This document shows, in pieces, positions 17,363 to 25,330 of a stretch of DNA of 64,000 nucleotides (positions within the stretch are counted from its first letter, which is position 1; every line of letters begins with the position of its first letter). The notes under the pieces are model-generated. The model was not told where the DNA came from, did not search any database, and saw only the letters and a list, made by a program, of their open reading frames with translations. The position numbers and the translations under genes are program-made. The stretch is from Verrucomicrobiales bacterium (GTDB lineage Bacteria; Verrucomicrobiota; Verrucomicrobiia; Verrucomicrobiales; V1-33): the NCBI GenBank assembly GCA_031411295.1, contig JANOAV010000157.1:96001-160000 (forward strand). Direction: 5' to 3'.

Positions 17363-17902
17363 TTAGGCGTGCAACGAATCGATCAGAACCTTCTTTTGAT
17401 CTTTGAATGAATGCTCCGTTTCAATTTTCTTCTGCAAGCGCATCAGCCCTTCCAGCAATGCTTCGGGGCGGGGAGGACATCCGGAAATATAGACATCCAC
17501 GGGTAACAATTGATCGATCCCTTGCAGCACCGCATAGCTACGATACATCCCGCCACTGGAAGCACAGGCACCCATGGCGATGCACCATTTTGGCTCTGGC
17601 ATTTGATCCCAGATCCGCTTTACGGCCAGCGCCATTTTATAGGTCACGGTGCCCGCCACGATCATGACGTCCGCCTGGCGTGGACTGAACCGCATGACCT
17701 CTGCACCAAAGCGGGAAATATCAAAACGGGAAGAAGCGGTGGCCATCAGTTCGATGGCGCAACAGGCCAATCCCATGGGCATGGGCCACAGCGAGTTCTT
17801 CCGCATCCAGTTGATGGCTGCGTCCAGCTTGGTGAAAATAATGTTGCCCTCGATCTTGGAATCGTAAGCGGCATGGGTCAGGATTTGCGAAGCGTCTTCC
17901 AT
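17363..17902 (-). CDS. nuoB: NADH-quinone oxidoreductase subunit B
   Basis: [29 protein letters not shown] and GCPPRPE (N2 cluster ligands). Confidence 0.97.
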   Translation of the reverse strand: MEDASQILTHAAYDSKIEGNIIFTKLDAAINWMRKNSLWPMPMGLACCAIELMATASSRFDISRFGAEVMRFSPRQADVMIVAGTVTYKMALAVKRIWDQMPEPKWCIAMGACASSGGMYRSYAVLQGIDQLLPVDVYISGCPPRPEALLEGLMRLQKKIETEHSFKDQKKVLIDSLHA

Positions 17903-17948
17903 AAAATATGGGCGAAATTAGGCCTAGGGCCGGGTGGCGCAAGGGAGA

Positions 17949-17966
17949 TTGTGAAATAATTCACAA
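17949..17966. promoter_or_regulatory. Rex-type (also CRP-compatible) palindromic operator upstream of nuoB
   Basis: TTGTGAA-ATAA-TTCACAA with perfect 7-bp arms, 46 bp before the nuoB ATG. Confidence 0.7.
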
Positions 17967-17994
17967 GCCGGCTGGCGCAACCACTAGGAACAGC

Positions 17995-18026
17995 AACAGC
18001 CGCTGAGGTCTCCCCCAGCGGCTGTT
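17995..18026 (-). terminator. Hairpin downstream of the sugar isomerase gene, probable terminator
   Basis: 11-bp inverted repeat AACAGCCGCTG/CAGCGGCTGTT; the U-tract is weak. Confidence 0.55.
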
Positions 18027-18050
18027 ACGTTGTCGATTTCGTGAGAAATG

Positions 18051-19070
18051 CTAGTTCCAGCCGTGCGCGTCACGCACCTTGATCATGGATGCGAGAATCG
18101 TGTTCCAGGTTTCCTGCTTTTCGAGCATGGCGTTTGGGAACATGCAACCATCCCAACAGATGTGTTGGATCCCACGGCTGGCGGCATCCTTCAGCCAGTA
18201 ACCGGAAGCTGCCGTGATGTCCAGTTTACCATTGGGATCATCCGCTGGACAGTGGCGGCCAGTCTTGTCGTGATTGCCGGTGCCGTGCACGGAACCATCA
18301 TTTTGGGCTACGTGGAAGTCGATTGTCCACGGACGGAGCGCATCGGTCATCGTTGTGTAGGCGGCATCGAATTCCGCTTGGGTGTAGCCCGGCTGCAGCA
18401 GGGCATGCTCAGGGGCATTGGCTCCGAGGAGGTAAAGATACGTGTGTGCCAAGTCGGCTTGGAAACCAACCGTCTGCGGCATCCCTACGGCTTCCAACAG
18501 ATCCAGCATGTGTCTCCAGGAGTGCATCCCACCCCAGCAGATTTCACCTTCGGCGGCCAGGCGCTCACCGTGGGCTTCGGCTACTTTGGCCGCTTCCTTG
18601 AAGGTGGCGGCAATCTTGGCGGTGTTGCCAGTGGGATCTTCCGCCCATCCGCTCACGCCTGAGGCGGAGTCGATGCGGATGACCCCATATTCCCGCACGC
18701 CGTGTTCATTGAAGATTTTGGCAATGCGGCAGGCTTTCTCTACTGCGAGCACGAATTTGGCGCGATCCTCATCGCTCCCCATGGCCGCGGCTCCCACGGT
18801 GCCGGGCCAGACCGGGGCCACGAGGGATCCGATTTTGAGATTCTTGCTGGCAACGAGATCCGCGATCCGCTTCAACTCGTCCGTGGAAGCATCTGGATCG
18901 GTGTGCGGATGAAACAGAAAATAGTCGATGCCTTCGAACTTCTGACCGTTGACGTCGGCATTGGCGGTAAGCTCCAGCATGCGCTCCAAGCTGATGGGAG
19001 GATGATCGGTGCCGGGTTCCTTGCCGACGAGACCGGGCCACATGGCGTTGTGTAGTTTGGGTAATTTCAT
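18051..19070 (-). CDS. Sugar phosphate isomerase/epimerase (xylose-isomerase-like TIM barrel)
   Basis: Metal-ligand pattern [21 protein letters not shown] and CWDG. Confidence 0.82.
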   Translation of the reverse strand: MKLPKLHNAMWPGLVGKEPGTDHPPISLERMLELTANADVNGQKFEGIDYFLFHPHTDPDASTDELKRIADLVASKNLKIGSLVAPVWPGTVGAAAMGSDEDRAKFVLAVEKACRIAKIFNEHGVREYGVIRIDSASGVSGWAEDPTGNTAKIAATFKEAAKVAEAHGERLAAEGEICWGGMHSWRHMLDLLEAVGMPQTVGFQADLAHTYLYLLGANAPEHALLQPGYTQAEFDAAYTTMTDALRPWTIDFHVAQNDGSVHGTGNHDKTGRHCPADDPNGKLDITAASGYWLKDAASRGIQHICWDGCMFPNAMLEKQETWNTILASMIKVRDAHGWN

Positions 19071-19258
19071 GGTGGTGATGGTGTTTGGTTAATTTTCAGG
19101 GAAGAACAAATTTTTGCAACGGGGCGACTACTTAGTGAATCTGCGCCAAAGTGCACGCAAAATTTATCAGAAGAATTGGCCATCGGATTCCGCAAAGGCG
19201 CATCCCCTAGCCAGAAGTAGTCCTTGCGGTAGCGACTGAATTTTAGGTAAGGTGAATC

Positions 19259-20908
19259 ATGTTAAACTGTCTCCCCCTGTGGGGACTGCTGCTCGTGCTG
19301 GTGCTGGGGTGTGCAAGTCCCAGTTGGTCCGCCCCCAAGCTCACGCTTGAGCAGGTGCGGGCGGAAGTGGACGTGAACGCCATGATTGATGTGGCCCTGA
19401 AGGTGGAGAACTCCACTGTCAAAAACCCGTTCACTGATGCTTCAGTTACCGGTTCCTTTCAGCTGGCAGGCAGCGAATCCATTCCCGTAACCGGCTTTTG
19501 CGATTCCGCCAATGGCAGCATGCATCGCATCCGTTTTCTGCCCCGGGTGGCCGGCAATTACGACTACACGATGATCTATCAGGAGGCGGGTTACACGCAG
19601 ACCTTCAATGGCCGCTTTGTAGCCAAACCCAGCCCTCGCAAGGGCATGCTACGGGTGGACCCCGCCCATCCCTATCATTTTATCTGGAGTGGCACCAACG
19701 AGCACTTTTTCTGGAACAGCACCACCGCCTACTGGATGTTGGGTCTGGAAGATGATAAAGAAATCGAGAACTGTCTCAACCGCTTGGCGGCCCTGAAAAT
19801 CAACCGCATCCGCATTGCGCTCTGCGGGCGCACGGATTCGGGGGCTCGGTGGTGCGAACCACAAGTCGTCTCCGACGCAAAATTCAAACTCCGCCTCAAC
19901 CCTTGGGAAGCCGCCCGCCCTGACAGCGTGAAAGATCCCGGCTTCGACGTAACTAAATTTAATATCCCCCACTGGCAGAAATGCGAACGCCTCCTAACGC
20001 ATGCCCGCAGACTCAACATTATCGTTTCCCTCATCTTCTATCTGGATGGAGCCGACGCTGGCGCGGAACCATTTGGCAAGGATCATGCTGGGGGCGACCA
20101 CGAGAAGCGCTATTACGCCTATGCCGCCAGCAGATTTGCGGCCTTCCCCAACGTGGTCTGGGATCTCTGCAATGAGCACCATTTAATGCGGACAGGCGAG
20201 TGGGTCAACCACATGGGGGAATTCCTCCGCACCTGCGATCCTTACGATCATCTAACCTCGGTTCATGGCGGCGGGGAGTTCCCGTTCCGCACGGCACCGT
20301 GGGCCGATTTTTGCCTGTATCAAGCCTGGGACCAAGCCCACGGCGGCTATGATTTCATGGTGGCCAATCGCCAGAAGCAGGCCGCCACCAACCAGCCCAA
20401 ACCTCAGATCAACGAAGAGTATGGCTATGAAGACCACTATCCAACCGAGTGGGGCGACGGACTCAAAGCCCCCTCCCGGAATGCTGATAGCCGCCGCCGC
20501 GTGGCCTGGAGCATTTCCATGGCGGGCGGTTATCAAACCACTGGCGAGCGCGCCACCAAGAACGGCGGCTGGATCAATGGACGAGGTGATGATGAGATGA
20601 CGATGCTGAAGGGCTATGCGCTCATGGTGGATTTCTTTAAAAGCTTCGACTGGTGGTCCTGCCAGCCCGCTCCCGACGTCGTCAAGGAAGGCAAGGCTTG
20701 GTGTCTGGCTGATCCCGGGAAACTTTATGCCATTTATTTACCCACTGGCGGGAGCGCAAAAATCGCGCTCCCCGACGGGAAATTTACGGCGGAACTTTAT
20801 GACTGCCAGACCGGGGAGCGTAAGCCCTTGGGTGATCTACCAGGTGGCGAATGGACCTCTCCGGTCCAGCCTGCGGAGAAGGACTGGGCGATTCTAATTC
20901 GGGGTTGA
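19259..20908 (+). CDS. Secreted DUF5060/DUF4038 putative glycoside hydrolase (apiosidase/GH140-like)
   Basis: Signal peptide; N-terminal Ig-like domain (NPF..GFCD..RIRF.P..G.Y.Y); TIM-barrel motifs WDLCNEH and NEEYGYE; C-terminal beta domain ending DWAILI. Confidence 0.75.
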   Translation: MLNCLPLWGLLLVLVLGCASPSWSAPKLTLEQVRAEVDVNAMIDVALKVENSTVKNPFTDASVTGSFQLAGSESIPVTGFCDSANGSMHRIRFLPRVAGNYDYTMIYQEAGYTQTFNGRFVAKPSPRKGMLRVDPAHPYHFIWSGTNEHFFWNSTTAYWMLGLEDDKEIENCLNRLAALKINRIRIALCGRTDSGARWCEPQVVSDAKFKLRLNPWEAARPDSVKDPGFDVTKFNIPHWQKCERLLTHARRLNIIVSLIFYLDGADAGAEPFGKDHAGGDHEKRYYAYAASRFAAFPNVVWDLCNEHHLMRTGEWVNHMGEFLRTCDPYDHLTSVHGGGEFPFRTAPWADFCLYQAWDQAHGGYDFMVANRQKQAATNQPKPQINEEYGYEDHYPTEWGDGLKAPSRNADSRRRVAWSISMAGGYQTTGERATKNGGWINGRGDDEMTMLKGYALMVDFFKSFDWWSCQPAPDVVKEGKAWCLADPGKLYAIYLPTGGSAKIALPDGKFTAELYDCQTGERKPLGDLPGGEWTSPVQPAEKDWAILIRG

Positions 20909-20989
20909 TCCGGCAGCGGGCAGTAAACCGTTGGTTTCCAGCTCATTTGTCGTTCTTGCACCCAGCCAGCATCCTGCTAAGGAATCCCC

Positions 20990-22432
20990 ATGCCCCAAAC
21001 CGACCCACACCAACTTCGTCAAATCCTCTTCCTGCAATCGCTCGAGGAAACGGATGCCATGGGCAAAATTATCCCGCTGGATACCAGAGAGCGCGCCACC
21101 AAAGACTCCGCCAATAGTGAGTCTTTCCTAGCCACCCGCACGCAGAAACTCCTAACGTCCGCCAGCGAGCCCGTGCAACGCTTGGCGGCTTGGATGGCCC
21201 ACCCGACCTGGCGATGGTTCGGATGGCTAAAAATCGGCCTTCCGCTCGGCGCCTTTCTCATCGGATGGATGACCAACGAACTGGGGTCGGATCGCGTCGT
21301 CAATATCATTGCCTTTCCGCTGTTAGGCCTGCTGATTTGGAACCTGCTGGTATGCGGCTACATGTTGCTAGCCGAAGTCAGGCAGTCCCCCACCTCGCCT
21401 ACCCGCTGGCCGGAGCATCGGATGCGGGAGCAACTGGAAAAGCACCTCTCCAGCTCCGTGGCCGACCCCGTCCATCGGGAAATCCTCAGCCGCAGCACCC
21501 TGGGCTTCCTGAAGCATTGGCGGGAGCAGAACCGCCCACACCTGAAGTCCCTAATGAAACTGCTCTTTCATCTGGGCGCCCTGCTCCTCGCAGGAGGCAT
21601 CGTTGCGAGCATGTATTTTCAAGGCCTGCGCAAAGAGTATCGGGCCGGCTGGGAAAGCACGTTTCTCCAGCCCTCCAGCCTGCACTCCTTGCTCCGTGTC
21701 GCCCTGGGACCAGCCTCCGTGGTCACTGGCATCCCAGTGCCCGCCGAACCCGCCCTGGCCGCCATGCAAGTTCATCCCGGTGAAACCATTCCCTCCACCC
21801 CTGCGAGTGCCGCCCCCTTCATCCACCTCTGGGCCGCTACCGCCGGTTTATTCATTGGCCTGCCGCGCCTACTGTTAATCGCCCTGGCCCTCAGGGAAAG
21901 CAAAAAAAGCCAACCCAGTTGGGAGCAGGAATTGCAGGACTACGAAACTTCCTGCCGCAACTTGGCGGCTGGACAGGTGAGCCTGATTGATGTCCTCCCG
22001 GTGTATTTCACCCCCGAATCGGCCTCCGCTGAGGCCATTCGCCATTGCGTCCTGCAAATGTGGGGCGGCAAAGCGCGTGTCAATTTTCTGCCCCCCATCC
22101 CCTTGGGAGATGAAACGGAGTATCTCGAAGCCTGGAGCCCGGCCTCGCACGGCACCGTCCTGACGTTTAGTTTCGCCAGCACGCCCGAGCAGGAAGTGCA
22201 GGGTGAAGTCATTCAATTGGTGGCCGGCAAGGCAGCGAAAGTCCTCGTTGTGACTGACGCTCTCAGCTTCGAATCGCGACACGGCGGCTTGCCGGAATTT
22301 CCGCAACGCCTGGCCCAGCGTGAAGCCGGTTGGCACCGCATCGTTGGAGATAAATTACCCTGGCTCAATCTCACCAGCCAGGTCGTGAAAAATCCGCTCG
22401 CAGCCATGGCCTCCCTGCGCAGTGCCAGCTAG
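20990..22432 (+). CDS. DUF2868 domain membrane protein
   Basis: VNI motif before a TM helix, Y.AGWESTFL and GLPRLLL; 3-4 hydrophobic segments. Confidence 0.75.
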   Translation: MPQTDPHQLRQILFLQSLEETDAMGKIIPLDTRERATKDSANSESFLATRTQKLLTSASEPVQRLAAWMAHPTWRWFGWLKIGLPLGAFLIGWMTNELGSDRVVNIIAFPLLGLLIWNLLVCGYMLLAEVRQSPTSPTRWPEHRMREQLEKHLSSSVADPVHREILSRSTLGFLKHWREQNRPHLKSLMKLLFHLGALLLAGGIVASMYFQGLRKEYRAGWESTFLQPSSLHSLLRVALGPASVVTGIPVPAEPALAAMQVHPGETIPSTPASAAPFIHLWAATAGLFIGLPRLLLIALALRESKKSQPSWEQELQDYETSCRNLAAGQVSLIDVLPVYFTPESASAEAIRHCVLQMWGGKARVNFLPPIPLGDETEYLEAWSPASHGTVLTFSFASTPEQEVQGEVIQLVAGKAAKVLVVTDALSFESRHGGLPEFPQRLAQREAGWHRIVGDKLPWLNLTSQVVKNPLAAMASLRSAS

Positions 22433-22433
22433 C

Positions 22434-23654
22434 CTAGGACAGCCGGACCGCTCCGCAAACCATCTCCAACACCCGCCACAAGCTCTGCCCACCCAGCGAG
22501 CCCTCGTGGAAGGCGGAGCCAGAAATTGGCTGCCAGTTGTCCCGCTCCTTGTTAGCCTCCGGCTGCGGAATCAACGTGAGCGATGGGTCATACTGCCCGG
22601 TATTTCCTCCCAGTTTGTAAATCACCAGATCCAACGAAGGCACGACATACAGACAAAAACCGCCAGCGCCCGATTTCCAGAAAGCATCCTTGGGCGCGCC
22701 CGCCACGTGCCCATCAGCATTGTGTTCCCACTGCAAGCTGAACGGTGTATGCGGATTGTAGGGTGACCACGTGCGACATTTTTCAATGTAGGCCGCTGGC
22801 ACCAGTTGCTTGTCCTGCCATTTCCCCTGCTGGGCCAGACAGTATCCGAACCGCATGACATCCGTGGCATGCAGAGCTGTGCTCCCAGCCCCATTCGCAT
22901 GAGGCATCACGAAGTCCCCGCGGTGCAAACAATAATCCCAAGCCCCCCACCCCTGTGGCTTGGCCAGTCGCTCTTGGATGAAATCTTTCAATTCCATCTG
23001 CGCCACATTCCGCAAGACGATACTAGCAATGTGAGGTGAAGGTGAGGAATAGGAATACCCCGCACCTGGATCGCACCACAACGGCACTTCCAACGACGAC
23101 ATGTCGAGATCCCGAATGTTCTGGCCTGGCACCGGTTGCAGTTTCTGCCATTGACCACCTTTAGAAAATCCACTGGGAGCCCCGCCCTCGCCCCAGTATC
23201 CAGCCGTCATGCAGAGCAGTTGCCCCAGCGTAATGTTCGCCTTCCGCGGATCATTCGGCGGCATTCCTTGCGGGAGAAATTTATCCGTGAAGACCTTCGT
23301 TTCCAATCCCTCCGGAATCTTCTCCTTGAACTCCTCCAACATGATCCCGCAGGCAATACTGCAAAACGCCTTCCCCGTGGAAGCCATGTCAGGATTCGCA
23401 TTTCGGCTCGCACGGCCAAAATAGCGTTCGAAACACAAATACCCGCCATGAACCACCACCAAGCCCCCATGGGCGGTGGATCGTTGCGTAATTTCATAAG
23501 CCGGCTCCAACTTCGCCAAGTCCATCCCCGCCAAATCCTTCACCTCTGCTCCAGACTTGGCCTCCCTCCATCCTCCGACACTATCCGCAGGAGGAAAATA
23601 AGTTTCCGCCGCAGCGTTGGCTAGCAAAATTGGTAAGAACAAAAGGCGTTTCAT
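22434..23654 (-). CDS. Secreted serine hydrolase, beta-lactamase/PBP-like family
   Basis: Signal peptide MKRLLFLPILLANAAA; SxxK (STGK), ITLGQLLCMTAG, YSYSS, KSGAGG and VVPSLDLVI. Confidence 0.88.
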   Translation of the reverse strand: MKRLLFLPILLANAAAETYFPPADSVGGWREAKSGAEVKDLAGMDLAKLEPAYEITQRSTAHGGLVVVHGGYLCFERYFGRASRNANPDMASTGKAFCSIACGIMLEEFKEKIPEGLETKVFTDKFLPQGMPPNDPRKANITLGQLLCMTAGYWGEGGAPSGFSKGGQWQKLQPVPGQNIRDLDMSSLEVPLWCDPGAGYSYSSPSPHIASIVLRNVAQMELKDFIQERLAKPQGWGAWDYCLHRGDFVMPHANGAGSTALHATDVMRFGYCLAQQGKWQDKQLVPAAYIEKCRTWSPYNPHTPFSLQWEHNADGHVAGAPKDAFWKSGAGGFCLYVVPSLDLVIYKLGGNTGQYDPSLTLIPQPEANKERDNWQPISGSAFHEGSLGGQSLWRVLEMVCGAVRLS

Positions 23655-23866
23655 AATGAGTTGGATCGAGCCGCCATTCTCCCCCCTCAAATCGGTTCCG
23701 CCACCAGGAAGCATTACCTATTACCGGATGACGTGATAGGCGTCCTCCGAGCTACCGTGCCACTTGAATGTCCGGCCTTCAGCGTATACTCCAACCAAAG
23801 GAAGATTCGTGCCGCTACCCTCAGAACCTCCCAAGCCAACACACCATTCCATCCAAATAGAAGTTC

Positions 23867-24361
23867 ATGAAAACACTAACCGCTATTTTGTCGCTGTTTC
23901 TCTTGCTACTAACGAGCACCTTACCAGCCGACGATAAAAATATCACCGCCGAAAAGTTCGGTAAACTTTCCCTCGGCCAGAAAGCGGATGCACTCACCAA
24001 ACTCCTGGGCGAGCCTGAATCCAAGGGCAAAGACACCCTCTGGGAAGCCACGGGCGAGTGGGTGCAAACTTGGAAATACCCCGCCCAAGGCCTAACCCTG
24101 GCGATGGCCTCCGACAAAAAAGGCGGCCCCAAATCCCTCAACAGCATCACGGCCACCACGAAATGCGAACTCGCCACCGCCCGTGAAATCAAGCTCGGCA
24201 GCACCGAAGCGGCCGTCCGCAAAGCCTACGGCAAAGCTGAAGACAAGGAATCCAGCAAACCCGGAGAAACCTTCGTAGCCGGTTCCATTTATGGCGGCGT
24301 GATCTTCACCTTCAACCACGGCAAGGTTAGTGAGATCTTCATTGGCGCGGCTGCGGAGTGA
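23867..24361 (+). CDS. Small secreted protein with two BLIP/SmpA-like repeats
   Basis: Signal peptide; ITAEKFGKLSLGQ...LLGEP and IKLGST..AVRKAYGKA half-repeats; C-terminal FTFNHGKV. Confidence 0.6.
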   Translation: MKTLTAILSLFLLLLTSTLPADDKNITAEKFGKLSLGQKADALTKLLGEPESKGKDTLWEATGEWVQTWKYPAQGLTLAMASDKKGGPKSLNSITATTKCELATAREIKLGSTEAAVRKAYGKAEDKESSKPGETFVAGSIYGGVIFTFNHGKVSEIFIGAAAE

Positions 24362-24481
24362 GGCCGAAATGGCTAGACGGGACCAACGGATCGCAACCAC
24401 GAAGAGCCTGCTCTTGAGCCGCCTCCAGTCCGACCCAGCGGAACTCCGGCCTCATAGTGGGCTCCCGTGGCGCACGAATCA

Positions 24482-25330
24482 CTACTTCAGAAACACCGCA
24501 CGGATGCTCGGTTGTTGTTTGCAAAAGGCATCGATTTCCTTGCGATTCATCACCATAAATGCGGTGGAGAGCGCATCCGCCAGGGTTGCGTTCGGGGCGA
24601 TGGCCCAGCGGAGTTCGCGTTCGATATTGACGGTGCGGGCGGTGCGGGGGTCAATGATGTGCGCGCCTTGGTGCATGAATCCCGTGCCGCTGAGGGCATT
24701 GTTTTCCAACACCACGGGTGAACCCTGACCGGCATGCACGGGCCAGCCTGGATGCTCTCCCATATGGCCGATTCCCAGCACGGTGCTGTCGCCCGCGTTG
24801 AGGAGGGCGTTGGTGATTTCGTGTTCACCGCGCAGCAGGAACGCCGCTTGGTCCAGCGCGTAGCCTTTGCCGATGGCCCCCAGGTCGAGGCTCATCCCGG
24901 CGGCATGTTTGGTGACGCTAAAGTTTGCTTCGTCCAGCTCCAAATGCTGAAAGCCCATGCTGGCGGCCGCCACCGCACGTTCCGCTTTGGAAATTTTGCG
25001 CCCGCCGCTGTCCTGTTCCCGGAGCAGGCGAAAGAGTGGACCGATGGTAACATCAAACGCTCCGCTGGTCTGCTCCCAGACCATTTTACCAAAGGCCAGA
25101 CAATCCATGCAGGCGGCCTGCACCGGCACTGGTTGGCCCACCGGAGCTTGGTTGATGCTGGCGATATCGCTGTAGGGGACGAAGCGACTAAGTTCCGTTT
25201 CCAAACGATCAATGTCACGGAAGACCGCTTGGGCGGCCCCATTGGCCAGTAAATTATCCTCGTGCTCGATCAGGAATTGAAAGTGCGTCGCCATCGCTTC
25301 ATGGCCGAAGCGGAATATTTGCAGGCTCAT
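24482..25330 (-). CDS. apbE: FAD:protein FMN transferase (ApbE), no signal peptide
   Basis: AMAT.F, GAFDVTIGPL, LDLGAIGKGYALD, HIIDPRT and ADALSTA. Confidence 0.92.
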   Translation of the reverse strand: MSLQIFRFGHEAMATHFQFLIEHEDNLLANGAAQAVFRDIDRLETELSRFVPYSDIASINQAPVGQPVPVQAACMDCLAFGKMVWEQTSGAFDVTIGPLFRLLREQDSGGRKISKAERAVAAASMGFQHLELDEANFSVTKHAAGMSLDLGAIGKGYALDQAAFLLRGEHEITNALLNAGDSTVLGIGHMGEHPGWPVHAGQGSPVVLENNALSGTGFMHQGAHIIDPRTARTVNIERELRWAIAPNATLADALSTAFMVMNRKEIDAFCKQQPSIRAVFLK

